From: Candidatus Latescibacterota bacterium
GTDB taxonomy: Bacteria; Latescibacterota; UBA2968; UBA8231
Reading direction: 5' to 3'
DNA length: 64,000 bases
Assembly (NCBI GenBank): GCA_964291625.2
Contig: OZ220089.1
Location: forward strand, 4,096,001-4,160,000
This document shows, one piece after another, positions 1 through 9,043 of the stretch (positions are counted from its first letter, which is position 1; each line of letters begins with the position of its first letter). The notes under the pieces are model-generated. The model did not search any database and was not told the DNA's origin. It saw only the letters and a program-made list of their open reading frames with translations. A program made the translations under genes and the position numbers.

Positions 1-1
1 G

Positions 2-184
2 CTGATCGACGGAATGGGCGGCGCCATGTACAAGCTTGAACCGAACAGCATCAATGTGATGCTCAAGCAGGTCACGGCCCAGGAAGGGGAAGGGTCTGTC
101 CTCTATGCCTTCCTCACCGTAGTCGACGAGGACGGCCGGCCGCAGCATGGCGCGGTGGAGATGGCGCCGGTTGCCGCCGACTGA
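2..184 (+). CDS. 3' end of a hypothetical protein running in from the window edge
   Basis: Open frame LIDGMGGAMYKLEPNSINVMLKQ...APVAAD ending at TGA 182-184. Confidence 0.55.
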   Translation: MIDGMGGAMYKLEPNSINVMLKQVTAQEGEGSVLYAFLTVVDEDGRPQHGAVEMAPVAAD

Positions 185-265
185 CCGCTTCCCGGAAGCG
201 GATCGCAGGGGACCCTTCCTGTTCCTGTGATCCGTTTCTCCTGTTCTCCAGGCTGAGCCGGCGCC

Positions 266-736
266 TTGTACCCACGAGGGCTGTTTTCCGGGCGGTCGGT
301 GCTGGCAGGCGCCTTCATCAGCCTGTTGCTTTCCGCCTTCCCTGCCGGTGCCGCGGACGGGCAGGTCCCAGAAATCGAAGTCCCATGGGAGCCGGAGGAC
401 TTGCCTGCAGCGGATCCTGCTCGCCTTCAGCGTCCACCTCCCGCCCTGCTCAAGTCGCTGGCCCCTCCGGCCATTCGATTCTACCGGCGGCACATAGCGA
501 CCCAATCGACCGAGCGCTGTCCCTTCCACATTTCGTGCTCCCACTTCGCCGAGAAGGCCGTGGAGCGATTCGGCCTTCTTCGGGGGGTCGCTCTGTTCAT
601 CGACCGGCACTACTTCCGTGAACATCCTGGCGCGGTGCACCTGTACCCGCTGCGCGAAACCTGGCGGAACAATCGAATCAGGCTGAAGCTGGACGATTCC
701 TTCTTCCTGTCCGGGAAACGCGACCTTGCAGAGTAG
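266..736 (+). CDS. YidD-like (membrane protein insertion efficiency factor/haemolytic domain) protein with signal-peptide-like N-terminus
   Basis: IRFYRRHI...CPFHISCSHFAEKAVERFGLLRGVALFIDR matches the YidD CxFxPSCSxY...G motif; start codon uncertain. Confidence 0.75.
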   Translation: MYPRGLFSGRSVLAGAFISLLLSAFPAGAADGQVPEIEVPWEPEDLPAADPARLQRPPPALLKSLAPPAIRFYRRHIATQSTERCPFHISCSHFAEKAVERFGLLRGVALFIDRHYFREHPGAVHLYPLRETWRNNRIRLKLDDSFFLSGKRDLAE

Positions 737-1631
737 AGTGCTGACTCGCATCGTGCTGCTGTCCCTTCCCGGTGCTCTGTCCGGGGAGAGCGCCGTATCC
801 AGCGACGAGCTGCTCGGGTACGCCGACAACCTCCTGTCTCAGCGCGACTATTACCGCGGCATCTCCGTGCTCAAGGAGGTGGCTCACTTTTCGGAGGATC
901 CGGAGACGAAGGCCCTGTGCGTCTTCAAGATCGGCGAGGCTTACCAGAAGAGCAGGAAGTACAAATCCGCGGTGGGATACCTGGAGCGCTACGTCGCCGA
1001 TGCTCACGCCGATACCCTTCTCTACCGGGCGCAGATGTACCTGGGCGCGAGCCGGCTGCGACTCGAACGGCACCATCAGGCCGTCGAGAGCTTCCTGCAG
1101 GCCGAGAGCATGGCAAAGGACGGGACGGGGCTGGTGTGGGCAGCGTACAGCAACGCTGAGCGGGGTGATTTCGCGGCGGCCACCGACCTCCTCCAGTCCA
1201 TCATCCGCGAGCGTGAAGGAGACGCCGTGGCCCTCGGCACACGGGAGATCCTGCGAGAGTTCGGCTCATACAGAGGCTCCAGACAGAGTGCCCGGATCGC
1301 TTCGACTCTCTCCGCACTCTGCCCAGGTCTGGGCCAGCTGTATGTCCGCCACTACTACGATGCGGCCCAGGCATTCGTCCTGGTCAACAGCTTTGCCTAC
1401 ATGACCTATGCGAGCTACCGTCTCGGCGATCTGGGCGAGCAAAGCCATCTGGTGACCGCTCTCAGCGCCGCGGTGACGGGCATGTTCCACTATGCCAACA
1501 TACTTGGGGCCGGCCGTACGGCGGCGTACAGGAATCAGCGCCAGCTCGATCACTCCCTGGAGCGGATACGCTTCCTGATCCACAACCGACTTGGTTTCGC
1601 TCCGGGCCTGGGATTCGGGTTCGCTCTATAG
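726..1631 (+). CDS. Tetratricopeptide-repeat protein with C-terminal membrane segments
   Basis: Helical TPR-like repeats, then LSALCPGLGQLY motif and hydrophobic helices; overlaps the upstream stop. Confidence 0.7.
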   Translation: MQSRVLTRIVLLSLPGALSGESAVSSDELLGYADNLLSQRDYYRGISVLKEVAHFSEDPETKALCVFKIGEAYQKSRKYKSAVGYLERYVADAHADTLLYRAQMYLGASRLRLERHHQAVESFLQAESMAKDGTGLVWAAYSNAERGDFAAATDLLQSIIREREGDAVALGTREILREFGSYRGSRQSARIASTLSALCPGLGQLYVRHYYDAAQAFVLVNSFAYMTYASYRLGDLGEQSHLVTALSAAVTGMFHYANILGAGRTAAYRNQRQLDHSLERIRFLIHNRLGFAPGLGFGFAL

Positions 1632-1653
1632 GCATGGAATGCGACGTGCAGAG

Positions 1654-2061
1654 ATGAAGAAACCCCTGCTGATCGCCTTGACGGTGATCCTCCACTCCTG
1701 CGCCGACCTGACCACGAGCACGGACATGGTCTTCGATTCCGCCCCCGGAGGGCCGGCGACCTTCGAGCGGGTGCAGGCGACGGTCTTCGACGTCTCCTGC
1801 GCCTCCAGCGGCTGCCACGGGGGCAGCGCCTGGCCCGATCTGTCCGCCGGCAAGGCGCACGGCAACATCGTCAACATCGAGAGCACCCAGGGTTTCCCGC
1901 TGGTGTACCCGGGCCTCCCGGACAGCAGCTACCTGTATCTCAAGCTGTTGCCGGATGCGCCGATCTCCGGCGGGCGCATGCCCCTCGGCGGGCCGTACCT
2001 GGATGCGGCCTCCCTCGAGATCGTGCGCGCCTGGATCGAGAGGGGAGCCCCGGCCGACTGA
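1654..2061 (+). CDS. Lipoprotein with putative c-type cytochrome motif (Planctomycete cytochrome c-like)
   Basis: Lipobox-like LHSC; CASSGCH motif; SYLYLKL...RMP...IVRAWIERGA typical of this family. Confidence 0.7.
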   Translation: MKKPLLIALTVILHSCADLTTSTDMVFDSAPGGPATFERVQATVFDVSCASSGCHGGSAWPDLSAGKAHGNIVNIESTQGFPLVYPGLPDSSYLYLKLLPDAPISGGRMPLGGPYLDAASLEIVRAWIERGAPAD

Positions 2062-2102
2062 GGCCGGCCGTCGCTGGCTGGCCGCACACGGGGATCACTT
2101 TC

Positions 2103-2684
2103 ATGCGCGGGCTTCTTGCTTTCCTGTTCTGCCTTCCTGCCGCGGTCGAGGGGGGAGAGTGGCACGTGGACAGGAAGGCCCGGGGGAACCAGGTTGAGTA
2201 TACCTCGAGCGTGGCCTCCTTCACCTTCTCCGGGAAGACCGACCAGATCGACGGGTTCCTCTACTGGGAAGGGGACTCCCTCTCGGTGGAGAAGAGCCAG
2301 CTCCACTTCGAGGTGAACCTGGCAAGCTTCGACAGCGGCATCGGCAAGCGGGACCGCGACATGCGCGAGGTCCTCGACACCGACCAGTGGCCGAAGGCGG
2401 TGTACCGGGGGGAGATCACCGAGTTGGCCGCCGTCGACACGTCGGTGACCGCCTTCCGCGCAAGGACCCGGGGCACCCTGTCCCTGCACGGCGTCGAACG
2501 GGAGATCGGAGTGCCCGGTCTCATCGTGATGCAGGAGGAGCGCTCCAGGGTCGAGGCCGCCTTCTCGCTGAAGCTGGCCGACTACGGCATCGAGGCCCCC
2601 TCCCTGGCCGCCTTCGTCAAGGTGAGCCAGGAGATCGACCTGGAGGTCTCGGTCTCCCTTGCCGAACCGGAGGTGAACGAATGA
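2103..2684 (+). CDS. YceI family polyisoprenoid-binding protein
   Basis: Signal peptide; FDSGIGKRDRDMR, GTLSLHGVERE, LADYGI motifs. Confidence 0.9.
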   Translation: MRGLLAFLFCLPAAVEGGEWHVDRKARGNQVEYTSSVASFTFSGKTDQIDGFLYWEGDSLSVEKSQLHFEVNLASFDSGIGKRDRDMREVLDTDQWPKAVYRGEITELAAVDTSVTAFRARTRGTLSLHGVEREIGVPGLIVMQEERSRVEAAFSLKLADYGIEAPSLAAFVKVSQEIDLEVSVSLAEPEVNE

Positions 2685-3550
2685 GACTGCGGGTTCCACG
2701 CCTGGCGGCCGTCCTCGGGCTCCTACCGGTCCTGGCCGGCGCCCAGCCCACGTGGCAGGTGAGCATGTCTTCGGGGACGCGTGTCGAGCTGTTCCGCGCC
2801 CTCGTCACGCCCAACCATCCCACCACCGAAACCCTCTACCGGGGCACCTTCCACTACGAGATCTCCCATCGCTTCGTGCCGCCCATCGACAGAGGCTACA
2901 AGGCCAACTTCGGCTTCGACGGGCCGGCCAACATCCGCACCTCCGTCAGCTACGGGATCAGCGGCCGCATGATGCTGACCCTGGGGCGGAGCAACGTGCT
3001 GGACAACTACGATCTGCAGCTTCGCTACCGGTGGCTGCAGTTCCGCCACGATCGTTTCCCCGCCGTCCTCGCCCTGAACGCCGGCGCCGCCTGGAACACG
3101 GAGATGCCGGCCGTCGTCGACCGGCGGGCGCTGGCGGCCGGCAACTTCCAGTACTACGGCCAGCTCGTCCTCAACACGATGGTGGACGACAGGCTGGGCC
3201 TGGGCCTGGTGCCTTCCTGCGTCTACAACAGCGCCATCTTCAGCGTCGATCCCCAGTACACCGTCACCCTGGGCACCTACGTCCAGTACCTCTTCAACCA
3301 CGCCTGGGGAGTCCTGGTGGAGTACAGCCCCGCCCTGGCGGGCTACCAGGGCATCCTGTCGCCGGGCGAGAGCGGGCGCTCCCATCACTCGCTGGCCTGG
3401 GGTCTCTCCCTCGATACGGGCGGGCACACCTTCTACCTCATCGCCACCAACAACACGCGCCTCAGTCCGTCGCAGTTTCTCGTGGGCGCCCCTTACGACG
3501 CCGCGCCGGACAACTGGCGCACCGGCTTCGGCATCACCCGGTTCCTTTAG
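2681..3550 (+). CDS. DUF5777-type outer-membrane beta-barrel protein
   Basis: ISHRF...FGFDGPANIR, DTGGHTFYLIATN, C-terminal GFGITRF; ATG overlaps the yceI stop. Confidence 0.8.
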   Translation: MRLRVPRLAAVLGLLPVLAGAQPTWQVSMSSGTRVELFRALVTPNHPTTETLYRGTFHYEISHRFVPPIDRGYKANFGFDGPANIRTSVSYGISGRMMLTLGRSNVLDNYDLQLRYRWLQFRHDRFPAVLALNAGAAWNTEMPAVVDRRALAAGNFQYYGQLVLNTMVDDRLGLGLVPSCVYNSAIFSVDPQYTVTLGTYVQYLFNHAWGVLVEYSPALAGYQGILSPGESGRSHHSLAWGLSLDTGGHTFYLIATNNTRLSPSQFLVGAPYDAAPDNWRTGFGITRFL

Positions 3551-3559
3551 GAGGAATCA

Positions 3560-3985
3560 TTGCTGAGACACGCCTTCGTCCTCGGTGGCTGCATCTCCGC
3601 CCTTGTCGGTTGCGCAACCGACAAGCTGCTCACGCCCGATGAACTCGACGAGATCCTCACCGTCGAGAGCGTCGCCTTCGAACCCAGGGGCGAGGTGATC
3701 AGTGCCGAAGGCTCGGTCGATCTGAGCCTGTTCTTCGGCAAGCTCACTCGCTGCACGGTGCTCGTGCGCAATGCGGGCGACGACTTCGACAGCGATGAAG
3801 GCGTCAAGATGACGATCATCGTCTTCGATGCCGAGGGCCGGGCCCTGGACTCGGCCAGCACCACGGAGTACGGCATCCTCGGCAATGGACGCGCCACTCT
3901 GTTCGAGGTCGGACTCGAACCACCGCATGATCAGATCGACGAAGACAGGTACGAGGTCAACTTCGAGAGCAGGCGGAAAGATTGA
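3560..3985 (+). CDS. Hypothetical lipoprotein (Ig-like/FxLYD-like)
   Basis: GAGGA RBS, TTG start, lipobox LVGC, IIVFDAEG. Confidence 0.6.
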   Translation: MLRHAFVLGGCISALVGCATDKLLTPDELDEILTVESVAFEPRGEVISAEGSVDLSLFFGKLTRCTVLVRNAGDDFDSDEGVKMTIIVFDAEGRALDSASTTEYGILGNGRATLFEVGLEPPHDQIDEDRYEVNFESRRKD

Positions 3986-4004
3986 ACGGCGCCTTTCGTG
4001 TCCC

Positions 4005-4033
4005 TTGACAGAGGAAGATCCTTCCTCTTTCCT
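4005..4033 (+). promoter_or_regulatory. TTGACA -35 element followed by a palindrome (candidate operator)
   Basis: TTGACA 4005-4010; AGAGGAAG-ATC-CTTCCTCT inverted repeat 4010-4028; -10 box weak. Confidence 0.4.
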
Positions 4034-4098
4034 TGGGGGCAGTCGGCCGGCCGCATAGCGGCGTGACGCCGTCAATCGAGGCGGGGCCGGTCACTCAG

Positions 4099-4129
4099 AG
4101 GGCCCGGGACAACTCCCGGGCCCTTTTTT
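4099..4129 (+). terminator. Intrinsic terminator upstream of pncA
   Basis: AGGGCCCGGGA-CAAC-TCCCGGGCCCT stem followed by a T-run. Confidence 0.85.
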
Positions 4130-4210
4130 CATGTACAGCCTGTCGGCATGGAGTGGCGCGTTTCCCTCGGAGCGAGGCAGCCGTAACTTAGCGGCGCAGG
4201 AGGACTGCCC

Positions 4211-4738
4211 ATGGCCAACGCGGTGATCGTCGTCGACATGCAGAAGGGCTTCATGGAGCCCGGAGGCACCCTGTTCTGCGGTGAGGGAGCGCGGGAGATC
4301 ATCCCGCCCCTGCGCGCCCGGGTCGAGTCCGAGAAGGCTGCCGGCGCGGCCCTGTTCTTCACCCAGGACACGCACGAGCCCGACGACGCCGAGTTCAAGA
4401 TGTTTCCGCCCCACTGCGTCGCGGGCTCGGGCGAGGAGGAGATCATCGACGAGCTCGCCGACCTGGCCTCCGAAGCGAGGCGGGTGGTCAAGCGCCGCTA
4501 CTCCGCGTTCTTCGAGACCGACCTGGCCGAGCAGCTTGAACAGCTGAGCCCCGAGCGGGTGGTGGTCATGGGGGACTGCACCGACATCTGCGTGCTGCAC
4601 ACGGTGGCGGGCTTGCGCAACCGCGACTACGAGGTCGAGGTGCCCGCCGACTGCGTGGCCAGCTTCGATCCCAAGCAGCACGAGTGGGCCCTGGATCACA
4701 TGGAGAAGATCCTCGGCGCCCGCGTCACCAACCGCTGA
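4211..4738 (+). CDS. pncA: Nicotinamidase (isochorismatase family cysteine hydrolase)
   Basis: VVDMQ, DTH...PPHC, KRRYSAF, CTDICV; AGGAGG RBS; adjacent to pncB and nadE. Confidence 0.85.
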   Translation: MANAVIVVDMQKGFMEPGGTLFCGEGAREIIPPLRARVESEKAAGAALFFTQDTHEPDDAEFKMFPPHCVAGSGEEEIIDELADLASEARRVVKRRYSAFFETDLAEQLEQLSPERVVVMGDCTDICVLHTVAGLRNRDYEVEVPADCVASFDPKQHEWALDHMEKILGARVTNR

Positions 4739-4740
4739 CC

Positions 4741-5754
4741 ATGCCGGCCGCCCCTCCGGCGTTGGAGCCGTCTCCGGCGACGCTCGCGGGAGAGAACGCC
4801 GATGTCTATTTCCTGCGTTCCCGGCAGGTCCTCGAAGCGGAGGGCCGGGACCCGGCGGCCGTGATCGAGGTCTTCGCCCGCCGGCGGGCGCTGCTGTGCG
4901 GCATGCGCGAGGTGGAGGCCCTGCTGCGGCGGGCCCTGGCAGGAGCCCCTGCGGCTTCGGTGGAGCGCCTGCCCGAGGGCCGCTGGTTCGAGCCGGGAGA
5001 GGTGGTGCTGCGCGTAGCCGGTCCCTACCGCGCCTTCGGTCTCTACGAGACGGCGCTCCTCGGCGCGCTGGCCAGCGAGACGGGCTGGGCCACGGCGGCG
5101 GCGGCCTGCGTGGCCGAGGCCGGGGGCGTGCCCGTGGTCCACTTCGGGGCCCGCCACGTCCATCCCGACGTCAGCCCCCGCCTGGAGTACGCCGCCGTCG
5201 TCGGCGGCTGCAGCGGCTGCGCCACGCCGGCGGGCGCCGCCCTCTCGGGGCTGGAGGCGACGGGCACCCTGCCCCACGCCCTGGTGCTGCTCTTCGGGGA
5301 CACCCTCGAGGCGGCCCTCGCCTTCGACCGGCACATCGATCCGGCGGTGGGGCGCACCATTCTGGTGGACACCTTCCTCGACGAGGCCGAGGAGAGCGCC
5401 CGGGTCGCCGGGGCCATGGGGGAGCGCCTGTGGGCGGTGCGTCTCGACACGCCGTCCGAGCTCGGCGGGGTCACGCCGGAGCTGGTGGGCCGGGTGCGGT
5501 CCCGCCTCGACGCCGGCGGCCACCGGGAGGTGAGGATCCTGGTCTCCGGGGGCATCACTCCCGAGCGCATCCGCGCCTTCCGGGAGGAGGGCGCGCCGGT
5601 GGACGGGTACGGCGTGGGCAGTGCCATCAGCGGCGCCCCGGCCGTAGACTTCACCGCCGACGTGAAGGAGGTGGACGGCGTCCCCGTGGCCAAGCGCGGA
5701 CGGCGCCCCGGCCGAACCGACAATCCACGGCTCGAGACGCTCGAGCTGACATGA
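4741..5754 (+). CDS. pncB: Nicotinate phosphoribosyltransferase (short type)
   Basis: ADVYF, FGARH, GTLPH, LVDTF, VRLDTPS, VSGG, YGVG, VAKRG. Confidence 0.9.
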   Translation: MPAAPPALEPSPATLAGENADVYFLRSRQVLEAEGRDPAAVIEVFARRRALLCGMREVEALLRRALAGAPAASVERLPEGRWFEPGEVVLRVAGPYRAFGLYETALLGALASETGWATAAAACVAEAGGVPVVHFGARHVHPDVSPRLEYAAVVGGCSGCATPAGAALSGLEATGTLPHALVLLFGDTLEAALAFDRHIDPAVGRTILVDTFLDEAEESARVAGAMGERLWAVRLDTPSELGGVTPELVGRVRSRLDAGGHREVRILVSGGITPERIRAFREEGAPVDGYGVGSAISGAPAVDFTADVKEVDGVPVAKRGRRPGRTDNPRLETLELT

Positions 5755-5770
5755 GACAGGAGGATTCGAG

Positions 5771-6910
5771 ATGAGCAAGGTCTACGACTTCGGCGGCGGC
5801 TGCACGAACCCCGAGACCTTTCCCGTGGCCGAGCTGGCCGAGGCCGCGGCCCGGGGGATCTCCGGCGTGGGGGAGGGCTTCACGCTCTACCCCGGCGACC
5901 TGGGACATCCCGGTCTGCGCGAGGTCATGGCGGCCCGGGAATCGGACCGCGAGGGGATCGAGGTATCGCCCGACCACATCTCCCTGATGAACGGCTCCAT
6001 GCAGGCGGTGACCCTGGTGGCCGAGGCCCTCACCGGCGCCGGCGAGGACGTGGTCGTCTGCGAGGAGCTGACCTACTCGGGCACGATCGGCGCCTACCGC
6101 CGCCTCGGCCTGCGCCTGGAGGGCGTCGCCCTCGACGAAGAGGGCATGCGCGCCGACGCCCTCGACGACAAGCTCGGCGAGCTGGAGCGGGCCGGCACGC
6201 CGGCGCGCTTCGTCTACGCCCTTCCCACCTACCAGAACCCCACGGGGGCGGTCATGCCGAGGGCCCGCCGCCTGGAGCTGATCGAGGTGGCCCGCCGCCG
6301 CGGCGTGCCCCTGGTGGAGGACAACTGCTACGGCGACGTCCACTTCGAGGGGCCGAAGCCGCCCGCCCTCTATGCTCTCGATCCGGAGGCCGACCACATC
6401 TACATCTGCTCCCTCTCCAAGATCCTGGGCCCCGGCGTGCGCATGGGCTACATCCTGGCGAGGCCGCCGATGCTGCAGCGCGTTCTCGACCGGCGCTACG
6501 ACGGCGGCAACAGCCTGCTGGCCGCGTCGGTGCTGGCCGAGTTCTTCCGCGGCCGGCTCTGGGAGCACTGCGAGCGCACCAACGCCGCCCTCAAGCGGAA
6601 GCGGGACGACGTCTTCTCCGGCCTGCAGGAGAGCGTCGGCGACATCTGCACGTGGTCGCGGCCCGTGGGGGGGCTGTTCATCTGGGTGCGGCTCCCCGGC
6701 GACATCGACCTCGACCGCCTGCAGGAGCTGGCCGACGAGCGCGGGGTCCGCTTCGCCCGCGGGCGCGGCTTCCACGTGCGCGGCGAGGACGTGCCGAACA
6801 TCCGGCTGGCCTTCGGACAGGCGCCGGCCGACAGCGTCCGCGAGGGCATCCTGCGGCTGGGCGAGTGCATCCGCGCCGCCCGGCGCTCCGAGGCGGTGGC
6901 CGCCGGTTAG
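5771..6910 (+). CDS. PLP-dependent class I/II aminotransferase (2-aminoadipate transaminase/MocR-like, no HTH)
   Basis: PTYQNPTG, EDNCY, SLSKILGPGVRMG (PLP lysine), IRLAF. Confidence 0.9.
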   Translation: MSKVYDFGGGCTNPETFPVAELAEAAARGISGVGEGFTLYPGDLGHPGLREVMAARESDREGIEVSPDHISLMNGSMQAVTLVAEALTGAGEDVVVCEELTYSGTIGAYRRLGLRLEGVALDEEGMRADALDDKLGELERAGTPARFVYALPTYQNPTGAVMPRARRLELIEVARRRGVPLVEDNCYGDVHFEGPKPPALYALDPEADHIYICSLSKILGPGVRMGYILARPPMLQRVLDRRYDGGNSLLAASVLAEFFRGRLWEHCERTNAALKRKRDDVFSGLQESVGDICTWSRPVGGLFIWVRLPGDIDLDRLQELADERGVRFARGRGFHVRGEDVPNIRLAFGQAPADSVREGILRLGECIRAARRSEAVAAG

Positions 6911-6928
6911 GCGGACCGGCCGCGGCAC

Positions 6929-9043
6929 ATGTCCCGCCTCCGGCAGTTGCCGCGCGTCGCCCTGGCGCAGATGGAGGTGCTGCCGGGGCGGCCGGAGGCC
7001 AACGCCCGCCGCGTTCAGAGGCTGATCACGCAGGCCCGGGAGGGCGGCGCCGAGATCGTCGCCTTCCCGGAGATGTGTCTCTCCGGGTACATCGTCGGCG
7101 ACCTGTGGGAGGTGGACGCCCTGGTCGAGGACTGGGCCGCCTTCAGCGAGGAGGTGCGCGCTGAAGGCGACGGCGTGACCATCCTCTTCGGCAACGTCGT
7201 CTGCGATCCACAGGCCCTCGGCGAGGACGGGCGCCCGCGCAAGTACAACACGGCGCGCGTCTGTCACGACGGCCGATGGGTGGATCGCCCGGGCCTGCCG
7301 CCGGGGCTGCCCCCCGGCTGTCAGCCCAAGACCCTGCACCCCAACTACCGGTTCTTCGACGACGACCGGCACTTCTACTCGGTGCGCAAGCTGGCCGCCG
7401 AGCAGGGGCGCCCCCTCTCCGACTGGACCGTGCCCTTCGAGGTGCCGCGCCGCGGCGGCGGCCGCTTCCGATTCGGGGCGCAGCTGTGCGAGGACATCTG
7501 GTGCGCCGACTACCGCTGGGACGACGCCGTCCTCGACACCCTCTCCCGTTACGCCGCCGCCGGAGCCGAGGCGGTCATCAACCTGTCCTCGTCGCCGTGG
7601 ACGTGGCAGAAGAACGACAAGCGCAATCGCACGGTCCGGGAGATCCTGCGGGAGTCGCCCCTGCCTTTCCTCTACGTCAACCACGTGGGGGCCCAGAACA
7701 ACGGCAAGAACATCCTCGTCTTCGACGGCGACACCACCGCGTACGAGCCCGACGGCGCCATCGCCGCCCGGGCCCGGCCCTGGCGCGAGGAGCTGGTCTT
7801 CGCCGGCGGCGGGGAGCCGCCCCGGGTGGAGGCCGCGGCGGATGCGTCGCCCGCGGTCACCGTGCAGGCTTGCGCCGGCGCGCCTCGGATGGGGGAGGCG
7901 GTCCCCCCGGTCGCGGTGCAGCCTGCGGCATCCGCGCCGCCGCCCGCGCCTCGGGAGGTGGAGGCGGATTCCTCCACCACGGCCTCGGTCTCGCTGTCCC
8001 CTCCCGCGCCGCGGGAGGTGGAAGCCGTGTACGGCGCCGTGCTCACCGGACTGCGCCATCTCGACCACGTCCGCGGCGGCGCCAACCGCTGGCTCGTCGG
8101 TCTGTCCGGCGGCATCGACTCCAGCGTCGTCGCCTGTCTCCTGGAGCGCGCCTTCGGCGCCGGGCGGGTCTTCGCCGTCAACATGCCCACCCGCTTCAAC
8201 GCCGCCGTGACCCGCGACAACGCACGGGACCTGGCGGAACGACTCGGCCTCGACTACCTGAGCGTGCCCATCGAGGAGCTCTACGGCGCCGTCTCCAAGG
8301 TCGTGCGCGAGGCGGTCTTCCCGCGCTCGGAGGGCGACTACACGCAGCTCGTGGACGAGAACCTGCAGGCCCGCATCCGCGGCTCCGACGTGCTCTCCGG
8401 CCTCGCCGCCAGGCACGGACTGCTGTTCACCAACAACGGCAACAAGACCGAGATCGCCCTCGGCTACACCACCCTCTACGGCGACCTCGCCGGCGCCGCG
8501 GCCCCCATCGCCGACCTCTACAAGGTGCAGGTCTACGAGGTCGGGGAGTACCTCAACGCCGAGGTCTACGGCCGGGAGGTGATCCCCCGGAACCTCCTCG
8601 ACCGCTCCACCGTGCCCAGCGCCGAGCTGTCCGCCGACCAGGATGTCACAAGAGGGCAGGGAGACCCGATCAAGTACGGCTATCACGACGCCGTGCTGCG
8701 CCAGCTCATCGAGTACCGCCGCCATCCGGCGGACCTGATGGAGTGGCTGCTGGAGGGGCGGCTCTTTGCCGAGCTGGAGTGGTGCGGCCTCGACGGGGAT
8801 CGAACGTTCGTCGACTACTTCCCGACGGCCGGGGACTGGCTCGACGACCTGGAGTGGGTGGAGGGCCAGCTGCGGATCAGCTACTTCAAGCGGATCCAGT
8901 CGCCGCCGCTGATCGTGCTCAGCAAGCGCGCCTTCGGCTTCGATCTGCGCGAGACCCAGGTGCCGCCGTACCGCCCGCGCCGCGGGCGGGAGCTGGCGGA
9001 GCGGGTCCGCGGCCTGGAGCGGTGGCCGCCGGAGCAGGGGTGA
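6929..9043 (+). CDS. nadE: Glutamine-dependent NAD+ synthetase
   Basis: Nitrilase triad FPEM/K/CED, then SGGIDS, ENLQARIR, GNKTE, GYTTLYGD, PSAEL, FKRIQSPP. Confidence 0.95.
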   Translation: MSRLRQLPRVALAQMEVLPGRPEANARRVQRLITQAREGGAEIVAFPEMCLSGYIVGDLWEVDALVEDWAAFSEEVRAEGDGVTILFGNVVCDPQALGEDGRPRKYNTARVCHDGRWVDRPGLPPGLPPGCQPKTLHPNYRFFDDDRHFYSVRKLAAEQGRPLSDWTVPFEVPRRGGGRFRFGAQLCEDIWCADYRWDDAVLDTLSRYAAAGAEAVINLSSSPWTWQKNDKRNRTVREILRESPLPFLYVNHVGAQNNGKNILVFDGDTTAYEPDGAIAARARPWREELVFAGGGEPPRVEAAADASPAVTVQACAGAPRMGEAVPPVAVQPAASAPPPAPREVEADSSTTASVSLSPPAPREVEAVYGAVLTGLRHLDHVRGGANRWLVGLSGGIDSSVVACLLERAFGAGRVFAVNMPTRFNAAVTRDNARDLAERLGLDYLSVPIEELYGAVSKVVREAVFPRSEGDYTQLVDENLQARIRGSDVLSGLAARHGLLFTNNGNKTEIALGYTTLYGDLAGAAAPIADLYKVQVYEVGEYLNAEVYGREVIPRNLLDRSTVPSAELSADQDVTRGQGDPIKYGYHDAVLRQLIEYRRHPADLMEWLLEGRLFAELEWCGLDGDRTFVDYFPTAGDWLDDLEWVEGQLRISYFKRIQSPPLIVLSKRAFGFDLRETQVPPYRPRRGRELAERVRGLERWPPEQG
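7940..8027 (+). repeat. Imperfect direct repeat (PPAPREVEA x2, 60-nt period) in the nadE interdomain linker
   Basis: ccgcccgcgcctcgggaggtggaggc at ~7940 versus cctcccgcgccgcgggaggtggaagc at ~8000. Confidence 0.75.

Noticed and set aside
5651-8725. 1024-aa antisense ORF, and similar long shadow ORFs (e.g. 45282-48356, 32259-35015, 54932-57871)
   Set aside because: Opposite-strand or off-frame shadows of clear genes, expected at this GC content; no recognisable motifs
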